Shown in pieces: positions 10,318-20,674 of a stretch of DNA of 64,000 bases. The stretch lies in contig JAHQWJ010000120.1 of NCBI GenBank assembly GCA_029856125.1, positions 64,001 to 128,000 on the forward strand, in the 5' to 3' direction. The translations under genes and the position numbers were made by a program. This stretch comes from Promethearchaeia archaeon (GTDB lineage: Archaea; Asgardarchaeota; Lokiarchaeia; Sigyniarchaeales; SOKP01). Numbering within the stretch: the first letter of the stretch is position 1; each line of letters starts with the position of its first letter. Below the pieces are notes generated by a model. That model was given only the letters and a program-made list of their open reading frames with translations. It was not told the DNA's origin and searched no databases.

Positions 10318-10761
10318 TTAGTCATATCTTTTGTATGTCATTAGTAACCAGATAAAACCTATAACGCCAACGATTGCCGCAACAATTGTCACATAATTTG
10401 GCCAATATGTGAGGTCAAATGACCCTGGAGCAGATATCCATCCTACTATTGCAGTAATACCAACTGCTGCCATTATGCTAAGAACTACCAATCCCATTCC
10501 CATTGCATATTCTTCTTCTTTAAACATGCCTATCCCCGATATTAGACACCAGAAGCCTAACAACAATGAAACTATACCTTGACCACCGAAAATTGAAAGC
10601 GCTTCAGCAACTCCTGTTCCTGAAAGCCATCCTGGAGCATAAATACCTGCCCAGGCTAAAAGCTCCATAACAGCTTTAAAGATAAATAGTAGACCAATTA
10701 TAATCATTAAAAAATTTAAAAGTTCGTTCGAATCTTTCTCCTTTACTTTTTTTTCGCTCAT
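10318..10761 (-). CDS. Hypothetical 4-TM membrane protein
   Basis: Four hydrophobic segments; no recognised family. Confidence 0.75.
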   Translation of the reverse strand: MSEKKVKEKDSNELLNFLMIIIGLLFIFKAVMELLAWAGIYAPGWLSGTGVAEALSIFGGQGIVSLLLGFWCLISGIGMFKEEEYAMGMGLVVLSIMAAVGITAIVGWISAPGSFDLTYWPNYVTIVAAIVGVIGFIWLLMTYKRYD

Positions 10762-10962
10762 TTTGTGATAAACCTTTTTATTTGTAAATAAAATTAGATG
10801 TTGAGTATGAAAATAACTTCATATATATATAAATTTATTTTATTGAGATTATAAATCCAAATTTGAGTATCTTCAAAATTCATTAGTTTTAATTAAGTAA
10901 AATTATTTAAATTTTAAAGACAATTTAGTGTAAGCTATTTAGTTTTTTTGTTATAGTTAGAA

Positions 10963-11949
10963 ATGGAAAAGTTCTTATCACCAGAAACAATATACTCTGG
11001 CTTGAAAAATAAAGAAATTGATAGGGCTATCGCTGTTGATCAATTGATTTCTTTAATTGAAGTGAGTAATAATCCAAAAACTCGCTCTGAATCAATAACC
11101 GTTTTGAATCAACTAAAAATTCACGATCCAAAGCTATTCAAAGTTATAGAAAGTTCTCTTTTATCGGATGAAGATCCATATGTTAGAAGGTCTGCTGTTG
11201 ACCTAATTGGTCATCAATTTTTAAAAGAAGGGTTAGATATACTAACGTGGGTGGTCCAACACGAAAAATCACCACTTGTACTGAAAGCTATTTTTGATCT
11301 AAACTTAGATCTAACTAACACGCGATTTAAATCACTAAATAAAGAGTTAAATGAATATTTAGCAAAAATCGCTTTAGTTGTAGGTATTGTTTCAAACGAG
11401 GCAAAATTTATTTTAGATTTAGAAGCCCTTTTTGCTCAAAGCGAGGAGAATTACGTTCTAGAGTTGACTTCATATCAATTTTATACGAAACTTATAGATT
11501 CTAAACTTGGAGAATTTTGGTTAACAATAAAAAACAAACACATTGAGTCTTTAAGCTTTAACTTTTTTAATTGGAATTATGTGAAACAAAATCCTGGTCT
11601 GTTTAATTCTATATCCAATTTACAGGATCCCGTTATATACTTAAATTTATTAGGAAAAATCTATTCACTATATAATAAAAATCTTAAAATACCTGAATCA
11701 ATTTCACTACTTACAAAACTCAGAAAATTGAATTTAAGCAAAAATTTCATTATTAAATTACCAAAATCTATGTTTTTGCTTTCTAATCTTATATATTTAG
11801 ATTTAAGTTATAACATGTTGGATGAAATCCCAGAAGAAATTACGAATTTAAAATCTTTAACTAGTTTAAGAATTCAAAATAATCAAATCAGTAAAATTCC
11901 TAAAGAAGTAAGTGAGTATTTAGATAAGCTGAGCACTTATAAGATTTAA
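10963..11949 (+). CDS. HEAT-repeat plus leucine-rich-repeat protein
   Basis: N-terminal SDEDPYVRRSAVDLIG. C-terminal LxxLxLxxN repeats: LRKLNLSKN, LIYLDLSYN, LTSLRIQNN. Confidence 0.85.
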   Translation: MEKFLSPETIYSGLKNKEIDRAIAVDQLISLIEVSNNPKTRSESITVLNQLKIHDPKLFKVIESSLLSDEDPYVRRSAVDLIGHQFLKEGLDILTWVVQHEKSPLVLKAIFDLNLDLTNTRFKSLNKELNEYLAKIALVVGIVSNEAKFILDLEALFAQSEENYVLELTSYQFYTKLIDSKLGEFWLTIKNKHIESLSFNFFNWNYVKQNPGLFNSISNLQDPVIYLNLLGKIYSLYNKNLKIPESISLLTKLRKLNLSKNFIIKLPKSMFLLSNLIYLDLSYNMLDEIPEEITNLKSLTSLRIQNNQISKIPKEVSEYLDKLSTYKI

Positions 11950-12040
11950 ACTCCTTGACATTTTTGTTAAAGGTAATTTTTTAAGCAATAAAAACCAATT
12001 TTAAAATCAATATAACAATTTAAGAGAAAGGTGCAAAAAT

Positions 12041-13753
12041 TTGGAGGAAAAAAAAAATATTATAAATGGTGGCGATGTCCTTGTCAAATCCTTACTTGAA
12101 GAAGATGTCAAATATATGTTTGGACTTATTGGTGGCCAGTTTTTAGCTATGTTTGATGCAGTATACAAGTGGGGGCGCGAAAAAGGAATCAATACTGTTA
12201 TGTTTAGACACGAACAGGCAGCAGCACACGCAGCTGACGCTTGGGCAAGAGTGACCAATAAACCGGGTATTTGTTTCGGAACTGTTGGTCCTGGGGCAAC
12301 TCACCTCGTTCCAGGAGTGGGTGCAGCATGGAGTGATAACATACCTTTGATAGTTATAGTACCTCAAGTAAATAGTAAATTTTCTGATTCGTTTACTCTG
12401 CAGGGAAACCTTGACCAAGTTACTATGTTTAAACCAATTACGAAGTATCAGAAATCAGTTCGCACTATAGAAGAAATTCCTAATGCTGTTCAAAAAGTTT
12501 TCAGAGAGGCTACTAGCGGACGACCAAGACCAGTATTATTAGAGATTTACGAGGATGCATTTCTCAGTCAGAAAGAAGAAAGCGAAATTCATATAATATC
12601 TCCTGATCAGTATCGATGCTTTGAGAAACCCGCAGTTAGCAATGAAGTAATCCAAAAATCACTTGAGATGTTATTAAAGGCTGAGAAACCGTTAATTGTC
12701 TCTGGAGGTGGAGTTTCAAGATCAGGAGGATGGGAAGAACTACGAGAATTTGCCGAATATTTAAAAATTCCTGTTATGACAAGTCTTATGGGTGTTGGAA
12801 CCATCTCAAGTAAGTCAGAAAGTTTTATTGGAACAACTATAAATGGTCCAGGTCTAAAAGCAGGCCCCGAAGCAGATGTAGTTCTTGCTCTCGGATGCAA
12901 ATTCAGCTATATTATGGGACATGGTGCTGAACCATTCTGGCGCAATTCTCAAAAGATGATACAGGTAGATATTGATTCTACTATAATAGGACGAGCAAAA
13001 CCTATTACTTTAGGTGTGGTAAGCGATTGCAAACAATTTTTAAAACAAATTCTTGAAACGGCTAAAAAGACGAAAAAAGTTGAGCAAAGAGATTGGTTAG
13101 ATGTATTAGCTAAATCGAGACAAGACTACATAAGCAGCATTATGAAAAAAGCAACAAAAGATAAGATCCCAATTTTACCTCAAAGATTAGTCAAGGATGT
13201 TTTAGAATTCATGGATGAGGATGCGATATTCATTAACGATGGTGGGGATATCGCTTGTTACTCAATAGAACAAATAGATTTTTATAAACCAAGACCGCCA
13301 CTCTCCTTCTTGCAAGCTGTTGGCATGGGTCATCTTGGGACTTCGGTAGGGTACGGAATTGGAGCGAAGTTAGCAAAACCGGATAAACAGGTTATTTCAA
13401 TATCCGGTGATGGTAGTTTCTTGATGAATATTCAAGACTTAGAAACTGCTGTAAGATTAGGTTTAAGTAATCTAATTTTTGTGATAGCAAATAATAGTGC
13501 TTGGGGGATGCTCAAATCAGGTCAAAAATTATTTGTAGACAAACATTATATTGATGTTGAGTTGCCTGAATTTGATTTTGCTAGATGTGCTGAAGGATTT
13601 GGGTGTTATGGAGAGGTTGTGACGGATCCAAATGATATTCAACCAGCACTAGAAAGAGCTAAGAATTCCGGAAAACCAGCTGTAATAGATGTTAAAACTG
13701 CTTGGACAATCCCAGATGCGACAAAACTTTTAGGAAGCATGGGTATACTTTAA
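12041..13753 (+). CDS. Thiamine-diphosphate-dependent enzyme (acetolactate synthase / 2-hydroxyacyl-CoA lyase superfamily)
   Basis: RHEQAA, GPG, GDGS...NN ThDP motif; TTG start 6 nt after AAGGTGC. Confidence 0.9.
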   Translation: MEEKKNIINGGDVLVKSLLEEDVKYMFGLIGGQFLAMFDAVYKWGREKGINTVMFRHEQAAAHAADAWARVTNKPGICFGTVGPGATHLVPGVGAAWSDNIPLIVIVPQVNSKFSDSFTLQGNLDQVTMFKPITKYQKSVRTIEEIPNAVQKVFREATSGRPRPVLLEIYEDAFLSQKEESEIHIISPDQYRCFEKPAVSNEVIQKSLEMLLKAEKPLIVSGGGVSRSGGWEELREFAEYLKIPVMTSLMGVGTISSKSESFIGTTINGPGLKAGPEADVVLALGCKFSYIMGHGAEPFWRNSQKMIQVDIDSTIIGRAKPITLGVVSDCKQFLKQILETAKKTKKVEQRDWLDVLAKSRQDYISSIMKKATKDKIPILPQRLVKDVLEFMDEDAIFINDGGDIACYSIEQIDFYKPRPPLSFLQAVGMGHLGTSVGYGIGAKLAKPDKQVISISGDGSFLMNIQDLETAVRLGLSNLIFVIANNSAWGMLKSGQKLFVDKHYIDVELPEFDFARCAEGFGCYGEVVTDPNDIQPALERAKNSGKPAVIDVKTAWTIPDATKLLGSMGIL

Positions 13754-13768
13754 ATAAGGTGTTTCATC

Positions 13769-14785
13769 ATGAAAGTTGCTATATTTGAGGGTAAAGAACA
13801 AATAGTAATTAAAGATGGTGTTAAACCCGAAATTAAATCCGATGAAGTATTAATTCAGGTTAAAAAAGTTGCAATATGTGGATCAGATGTCGGATCTTAT
13901 GAATCTGGAGGTCCTTACTTACCTGGAAAAATTATTGGTCATGAATTTTCGGGAATATTAGTTGAGATCGGTGAAGATGTCAAAAAGTTAAAGGAAGGAA
14001 TGAAAGTTACTGTCAATCCTCAAATTCCTTGCTATGAATGTTATTACTGTCTTCACGATCAAGAGAACATGTGTAAACTGCAGAATTTTGCATATGGTAC
14101 CACTGAAAATGGCGCTATGAGAGAATTTATTAATGTGAAGGCCGAAAGAGTTCATCTTTTACCAGATAATGTGACTTATGAGGAGGGGGCTACAGTTGAA
14201 CCTCTCTCAGTAGCTGTTTATGCTGTACAACAATCCGGATTTCAATTAGGTCAAAACGCAGCCGTCATAGGAGCCGGTCCTATAGGATTGATGATAATCC
14301 AGGTATTAAGAAGCGCAGGTGCAAATAAAATTTATGTACTTGAGCCCGTAGAATCAAAACAAAAAATCGCTATGGATCTAGGGGCTGATAAAGCATTCTT
14401 GCCAAAAGCGTGGAATAAGATTGTAAGACTTACAGATAGGTTAGGTCCAGATCATGTTTATGATTGTGTAGGTTTATCATCTACTTTTACGACAGCATTG
14501 CAATTGATTAAAAAAGGTGGAAATATTACTTTAATCGGTCTACATGCGAGTACAATCGAAGTCAATAATATTCTGTTAATGACAACTAATAACATTTCAG
14601 TAAGGGGAGTTTATGGATATAATCAGGATATTTACAAAACAGCCATAAATCTATACGCTCAGAAAAAGATAAGAGTTGATCCAATGATAACCAATCGAAT
14701 AAGATTGGAACAAGTTCCTGAGATATTTAAAGTTTTAGGGAATCCTCCTCATGACGAATTAAAAGTAATTGTCGATTTTGAATAA
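13769..14785 (+). CDS. Zn-dependent alcohol dehydrogenase (MDR family)
   Basis: ICGSD, GHEFSG, CYECYYC...C, GAGPIG. Confidence 0.92.
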   Translation: MKVAIFEGKEQIVIKDGVKPEIKSDEVLIQVKKVAICGSDVGSYESGGPYLPGKIIGHEFSGILVEIGEDVKKLKEGMKVTVNPQIPCYECYYCLHDQENMCKLQNFAYGTTENGAMREFINVKAERVHLLPDNVTYEEGATVEPLSVAVYAVQQSGFQLGQNAAVIGAGPIGLMIIQVLRSAGANKIYVLEPVESKQKIAMDLGADKAFLPKAWNKIVRLTDRLGPDHVYDCVGLSSTFTTALQLIKKGGNITLIGLHASTIEVNNILLMTTNNISVRGVYGYNQDIYKTAINLYAQKKIRVDPMITNRIRLEQVPEIFKVLGNPPHDELKVIVDFE

Positions 14786-14795
14786 GTGTTAACTA

Positions 14796-14814
14796 TTTTT
14801 TTTTATTTTTTTTT
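14796..14814 (+). terminator. Putative oligo-T terminator
   Basis: T9-A-T9 tract about 10 nt after the ADH stop. Confidence 0.5.
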
Positions 14815-14951
14815 CATTATAACATTCTTAAAGACTTAATGACCTATTTTTACAGATTTAATTTGATGATTTTAGTAAATATTTATAAATTCATGTAACA
14901 ATAAATAAGATATTCACCAATTTTGTGAATAAAAATTAAGAGGTTAATCTA

Positions 14952-16679
14952 ATGGAAGTTAAAAGGAGTCCATATGATGCAAAACTATGGACGAAATCCT
15001 ATGATGAACATGTCAAACCAAATTTAGAATATCCTGAAGGGAGCCTTGGTTCCATCTTTGACGATGCGATGAAAAAATACCCCGAACGCATCGCTTGTTA
15101 TTTTATGAAGCGAGAAATGCCCTTCAAAGAGTTAAGGGAATATACACATAGATTTGCGACATTTCTACAGAAAAATGGTTTAAAAAAAGGAGATCGCGTT
15201 GCTATAAATCTAGCTAACTGTCCTCAATATTTGGCCGCACACTTTGGAACGATTTTAGCTGGTGGAGTAGCTTCTGGCTGTTCACCGCTTCTAAGCCCAA
15301 CTGAAATTGCATATCAAATAAACGATAGTGAGGCTAAATTTTTTGTTACTTTGGATGCTGTATATGAGAAAGTATTAATGAAAGTAATAGATAAGTTGCC
15401 AAATCTTAAATGCGTTGTTACGACTAACATTTCTGATTACATGGGGCTTTCAAAACCTTTAGTTTTTCTTGGTAAACTACTAGGTAAAATACCAAAAGGA
15501 AAAGTTGAACCCTATTCCGGAAAATTAATTATTGATTTCAAGGATGTAATGGAAACATCCATTGACTTACAGGATGTAGATATAAGTGGGAAAAAGGATC
15601 TTGCCCTACTTCAATATACCGGCGGAACCACAGGGTTACCTAAAGGCACAGAACTTACTCATGCTAACTTAATTAGTAACATAGTACAAGTAGCAACCTG
15701 GTTAGATAGAAGGGAAGCAAAGGAAGGCGAAAATAATTTATCTGCTTTTCCACTCTTTCATTTAGCTGGTTTAGCTATGAGTATGATAACGTTATATACT
15801 TCAGGAGGACAAATCTTAATTGCAGACCCTAGAGATACAAACCATATTATTGAAGAAATGATAGAAAAAAACCCAAAAATAATTGTGAACGTCCCAACCT
15901 TATTTTTATCAATCATGAACAACCCAAAATTAAAGGACGTACCCAAATCTACTTTCAATAATATAGATATGTATGTTTCTGGGGCTGCACCTTTTCCCGC
16001 AGAAGCAATTAGGGATTTCGAAGAATCTGTGATTGGGATTAATAAGGTATTAGAAGTTTACGGGATGACTGAGACAAGTCCAATTCTTACTATGAATCCT
16101 TTTAAAGGGAAGAAGAAAGTCGGAACTGTAGGTTTACCCGTACCTGACACTGAGTTGAGACTTGTAGATATTGAAACTGGAGAACAAGTAGAACTTGGAC
16201 AACCAGGAGAAATTATTTGTAAAGGTCCTCAAGTTACAAGAGGTTATTTTAACAAACCAGACGCAAACGCAAAGACTATTATTGATGGATGGTTTCATAC
16301 CGGTGATGTCGGTGTTATGGATGAGGATGGATTCATAACGATTGTGGATCGAACTAAAGATATGTTAATCGTAAGTGGATATAAAGTTTATAGCGTTCAT
16401 GTAGAAGATGTAATGACAAAACACCCCGATATAGAAATGGTAGCAATCATAGGTTTGAAAGATCCAGATCGCCCTGGGAGCGAAATTGTTAAAGCAGTCG
16501 TTCAACTTAAGGAAGGAGTTCAACCAACTGAAAAAGTGCAAGAAAACTTAAAAGAATATGCTGCGGAACATCTCTCAAAATATGAAAATCCAAAACAATG
16601 GGAATTCAGAGAAACATTGCCTTTAACAGCTGTAGGAAAGGTATTAAAAAGATCTCTCCGAGAAGTAGAGACAAAATAA
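14952..16679 (+). CDS. Long-chain-fatty-acid--CoA ligase (FadD-like)
   Basis: YTGGTTGLPKG, YGMTE, HTGD, DRTKD, PLTAVGK motifs all intact. Confidence 0.93.
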   Translation: MEVKRSPYDAKLWTKSYDEHVKPNLEYPEGSLGSIFDDAMKKYPERIACYFMKREMPFKELREYTHRFATFLQKNGLKKGDRVAINLANCPQYLAAHFGTILAGGVASGCSPLLSPTEIAYQINDSEAKFFVTLDAVYEKVLMKVIDKLPNLKCVVTTNISDYMGLSKPLVFLGKLLGKIPKGKVEPYSGKLIIDFKDVMETSIDLQDVDISGKKDLALLQYTGGTTGLPKGTELTHANLISNIVQVATWLDRREAKEGENNLSAFPLFHLAGLAMSMITLYTSGGQILIADPRDTNHIIEEMIEKNPKIIVNVPTLFLSIMNNPKLKDVPKSTFNNIDMYVSGAAPFPAEAIRDFEESVIGINKVLEVYGMTETSPILTMNPFKGKKKVGTVGLPVPDTELRLVDIETGEQVELGQPGEIICKGPQVTRGYFNKPDANAKTIIDGWFHTGDVGVMDEDGFITIVDRTKDMLIVSGYKVYSVHVEDVMTKHPDIEMVAIIGLKDPDRPGSEIVKAVVQLKEGVQPTEKVQENLKEYAAEHLSKYENPKQWEFRETLPLTAVGKVLKRSLREVETK

Positions 16680-16777
16680 GAATAAATAAATATTTTTTTT
16701 TCTCATTTTTATAAACTTTTTTTAAGGATTTTATCAAATACTTATCATTGTTATTAATTTATTTGTAAATCAAAGAG

Positions 16778-18067
16778 TTGATAAAATTGGTTATTAAAAA
16801 AGGACAAGTTCAATGTATTAACGATGAAATTCTCGAAAAACTTTCGCTAAAAACCCGTAATAAGTTTTTAAATTACAATTTGATGAGTTTTTTAAAGCCG
16901 AAGCACTTCAATTTCCTTAAACAAGCCCAAAAGTTTTTTGTGAAATTTGAAAAGGATAAAAATATAACCCATAACGAAGATTTCTACGAGTGGATACCTG
17001 AAATTGGCAAAAACGGATATATAACTCGAATGCACAAATTTGATAATCTTGGGTTAAACTTCGAGCCTTATGGGATGACTACTGAATTTATGAGAGTTTT
17101 AGCTATGGATTTCTTTGATCCACAGCTAACAATGGGTGCTGGAGCTACAGTTTTAGCCGTTAATCCATTAATGCTTCATCATGAAAATGTTGATATTCGA
17201 CTAAGAGCGTTAAAAGAATTAGTAATGGGGGAAAAAATAGGATGTATTTGCATAACAGAGCCAGAAAGAGGTTCTGATGCTGTCCATATGCTATCCACAT
17301 GTGAAGAACAAGGAGATGGAAGTTATGTTTTAAACGGGCAAAAAATATACCAAACTAATGGAAGCAAAGCAGATTGGGCTGTAGTTTATGCTGTTACCGA
17401 AAAAAATAACGGAAACACGATGGCTCAGTTTTTAGTTGATACATCTTTGGATGGTTGGTCTCATGAGCGTGTAAACATTCCATGGACTCCGAGAATACAC
17501 ATCGGTAAAGAAACCATGTCAAACCTAAAAGTTCCATCTGAATGCGTGTTAGGTATACCCGGCGAAGGCAGATCACATTTATTCGAGGGGCTTAATCTAG
17601 AACGACTGGGTATTGTTTGTTTAAATCTAGCGGAATCATGGAACGCAATCACTCACGCAGTAATATATTCTAACATGAGAAAGCAGTTCGATAAGGAAAT
17701 CTTGAAATATCAAGGAGTAGGGTTTCCTCTATCTGACTTATGGGCACAAACTATGAGTATGACACTAGCGTGTTTAAATATTTGTCAAACAATTGATGAT
17801 AAGATGGAGCAATTAGGTACATTACCAAAAGAATTTAACTTAGCACTGGCTGCTACTGCATCTCAAATGAAATTTCTTAGCACAAAACTATGTGAACGAG
17901 TGGTTTATGAATGTGCTAACCTAATGGGTGGAGCTGGAGTTTGTGATAACACATTAATGCATGATCTTTTAGGAATTACCCGGATTCAAGAGATAGGTGG
18001 TGGAACGAGACAAGTACAACAATATATCATGAGTTTAACGCTGAGACAGTTATTTAAACTGCTTTAA
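16778..18067 (+). CDS. Acyl-CoA dehydrogenase
   Basis: ITEPERGSD, LNGQK...TNG, LNLER, R.QF, GG.G, IGGGT; start could be TTG 16787. Confidence 0.9.
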   Translation: MIKLVIKKGQVQCINDEILEKLSLKTRNKFLNYNLMSFLKPKHFNFLKQAQKFFVKFEKDKNITHNEDFYEWIPEIGKNGYITRMHKFDNLGLNFEPYGMTTEFMRVLAMDFFDPQLTMGAGATVLAVNPLMLHHENVDIRLRALKELVMGEKIGCICITEPERGSDAVHMLSTCEEQGDGSYVLNGQKIYQTNGSKADWAVVYAVTEKNNGNTMAQFLVDTSLDGWSHERVNIPWTPRIHIGKETMSNLKVPSECVLGIPGEGRSHLFEGLNLERLGIVCLNLAESWNAITHAVIYSNMRKQFDKEILKYQGVGFPLSDLWAQTMSMTLACLNICQTIDDKMEQLGTLPKEFNLALAATASQMKFLSTKLCERVVYECANLMGGAGVCDNTLMHDLLGITRIQEIGGGTRQVQQYIMSLTLRQLFKLL

Positions 18068-18180
18068 TGATTTCGCTTTTTAGATTAAGTATCTTTTTTT
18101 TCTTTTTTTAGTTGAAAACAATTATAAATGAGTAAATCAAACTCTGTATATATTCAAATTAAGGTAGTTGAGTTTTAATT

Positions 18181-19008
18181 ATGAAAATCGAAGAATTTCA
18201 AGATATTCTTTATGAGAAAGAAGAAAACGGGATTTGCACTATTACTTTTAATAGGCCAGAAAGAAGAAATGCACTATCATATGTAACCTTTCTAGAAATA
18301 CGTACAGCTTTAGATGATATGGAAAAAGATAAGAACGCTTGTGTTTTAATTATGACTGGCTCTCCGGAGGGTAGAGCATTTTCTTCGGGAGGATATTTTA
18401 ACATGAAAATGGTGACTCAAATTCCAGAAGAAATTATGAAGGATATTGATTTAATGGATATCGCTCAAAAAAAAACTTGTATGAAATTATGGAATTTTAA
18501 TAAACCTGTGATAGCTGCTATAAATGGGTTAGCTCTAGGGGCAGGTTTCACAATGCCTCTGGCGGGTGCTGATTTAATTTATATGGCTGATGATTCTGAA
18601 ACTTATTTAGGGTTGATATTTGTTAAACGTGCAATAATACCTGAGTTTGGACTTTCTTTCTTACTTCCGTTTTATGTTGGATTCCAGAAAGCTAAGGAAA
18701 TATTATATTTTGGCGAAAAAATCTACGCTAAAGAGGCCGAAAAATTAGGATTGATTACTAAATCAGTACCTCCTGAAGAATTGATAGCTGTTGTAAGAGA
18801 AAAAGCCGAAAGATTAGTACCACCAAAAGGACCAAGTACTGCTTTAAAATTAATGAAGAAAACTATGCATGACTACTTCAGAGACATACTGTCAAACACA
18901 CTCGATAAAGAAAATGAAGCTCTTCAAGCAGCTTTTAAAACACACGATTTTAGGGAATCTACAAAGTCTTTAAAAGAAAAAAGAGATCCAATTTTTAAGG
19001 GAAAATGA
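18181..19008 (+). CDS. Enoyl-CoA hydratase/isomerase family protein
   Basis: NRPERRNA, FSSGG, KPVIAAING...GAG, IIPEFG, EKRDP.F.GK. Confidence 0.92.
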   Translation: MKIEEFQDILYEKEENGICTITFNRPERRNALSYVTFLEIRTALDDMEKDKNACVLIMTGSPEGRAFSSGGYFNMKMVTQIPEEIMKDIDLMDIAQKKTCMKLWNFNKPVIAAINGLALGAGFTMPLAGADLIYMADDSETYLGLIFVKRAIIPEFGLSFLLPFYVGFQKAKEILYFGEKIYAKEAEKLGLITKSVPPEELIAVVREKAERLVPPKGPSTALKLMKKTMHDYFRDILSNTLDKENEALQAAFKTHDFRESTKSLKEKRDPIFKGK

Positions 19009-19051
19009 AGTAAATTAATACAACTACAAAATAAGGCTAATTCGAAATAAA

Positions 19052-20572
19052 ATGACAGATCAAAAAATCGGATTTGACAACGAGAAATATCTAAAAGAAC
19101 AATCAAAGAGCATCTTAGATCGAGCAGCTCAATTTGGGAATAAATTATACCTTGAATTTGGCGGAAAGCTTGTATATGATTACCACGCTTCAAGAGTTCT
19201 CCCAGGATTCGATCCAAATGTAAAAATGAAGCTTCTAAAGGTGCTTAAAGATAAAATTGAGGTTATCATTTGTATATATTCCGGAGATATAGAAAGAAGA
19301 AAGATCCGAGCAGATTTTGGCATAACTTATGACATAAATGCAATGAAATTAATCGATGATCTTCGAGATGGAGAAATTAACGTAAGTGGAGTGGTTGTTA
19401 CACGATACAACGGCCAACAAGTAGTAAAACAATTCATGAATAAACTAGAACGTCGTAATATTCCAGTTTATACGCATAAGTTGATTAGGGGATATCCAAC
19501 TAACATCGATCTAATTATAAGTGAAGAAGGTTATGGTATTAATCCTTACATCGAAACCTCCAAGCCTATAATAATAGTTACTGCACCCGGTCCTGGTAGT
19601 GGAAAACTTGCAACATGCCTTTCCCAAATATATCACGAACATACGAAAGGGATCGATGCGGGTTATGCTAAATTTGAGACATTTCCAATTTGGAATTTAC
19701 CATTAAAACACCCAGTAAATATGGCGTATGAATCTGCAACTGCTGACCTTGGTGATTTTAATCAAGTAGATCCATTTCATCTTGAAGCTTATAATATAAA
19801 AGCAGTTAACTATAACAGAGATGTAGAGATTTTTCCAGTAGTTAAAAAAATAATGCAAAAAATTATGGATAACAAATTAGTCTATAAATCACCTACAGAT
19901 ATGGGCGTTAACAGAGCAGGTTTTGCTATAAACAACGATGATCTGGTACAACAGGCCGCAAAACAGGAACTCATCAGAAGATATCTAAGATATAGTTGCG
20001 AATATATGATGGGTGTCTCAGATAGTAACACAGTTCAACGAGCGGAATTGTTGATGAAAGAACTAAATCTCACAGTACTCGATCGTAAAGTTGTAAATGA
20101 GGCTCGACAGGCATCTATTGCGGCTAAAAGTAAAGGAAAAGGAAACGAAGGTGTATTCGCTGGAGCTGCATTGCAATTGGCTGATGGAAAAATTATAACT
20201 GGTAGCAATTCTCCTTTACTCCATGCGGCTTCAAGTTTAATCCTCAATACAATCAAAATATTGGCGGGTATTCCTAAAAATATACATCTTTTAGCCCCCA
20301 ATATTTTAGAATCCATTAGTTATTTAAAATCGGAAATTTTCAATAACAAACGATTAAGTCTCAATCTTGAAGAAACTCTAATAACTTTAAGTATCAGTGC
20401 TGATTTCAACCATTCTGCTAAAGTAGCCATAGACAAACTTAAAGAATTAAATGGATGTGAAATGCACTCGACTCATATACCTACTCCTGGAGATGAAGCT
20501 GGCTTGAGGCGATTAGGTCTTAATATAACATCTGATCCAAACTTTTCATCGAAAAGTCTATTTATAACCTAA
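19052..20572 (+). CDS. DUF1846 / UPF0371 family protein
   Basis: LYLEFGGKL..DYHASRVLPGF, TAPGPGSGKLATCLSQ, KFETFPIWN, YKSPTDMGVN. Confidence 0.9.
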   Translation: MTDQKIGFDNEKYLKEQSKSILDRAAQFGNKLYLEFGGKLVYDYHASRVLPGFDPNVKMKLLKVLKDKIEVIICIYSGDIERRKIRADFGITYDINAMKLIDDLRDGEINVSGVVVTRYNGQQVVKQFMNKLERRNIPVYTHKLIRGYPTNIDLIISEEGYGINPYIETSKPIIIVTAPGPGSGKLATCLSQIYHEHTKGIDAGYAKFETFPIWNLPLKHPVNMAYESATADLGDFNQVDPFHLEAYNIKAVNYNRDVEIFPVVKKIMQKIMDNKLVYKSPTDMGVNRAGFAINNDDLVQQAAKQELIRRYLRYSCEYMMGVSDSNTVQRAELLMKELNLTVLDRKVVNEARQASIAAKSKGKGNEGVFAGAALQLADGKIITGSNSPLLHAASSLILNTIKILAGIPKNIHLLAPNILESISYLKSEIFNNKRLSLNLEETLITLSISADFNHSAKVAIDKLKELNGCEMHSTHIPTPGDEAGLRRLGLNITSDPNFSSKSLFIT

Positions 20573-20674
20573 CCATTTTAATCTCGAAATTCTTATTAAA
20601 TGTGTTTGCTATTTACTATTTTTATAATGAAAATATAATTATTTTTAATACTATCAGAGAAGAGTAATATCAAA

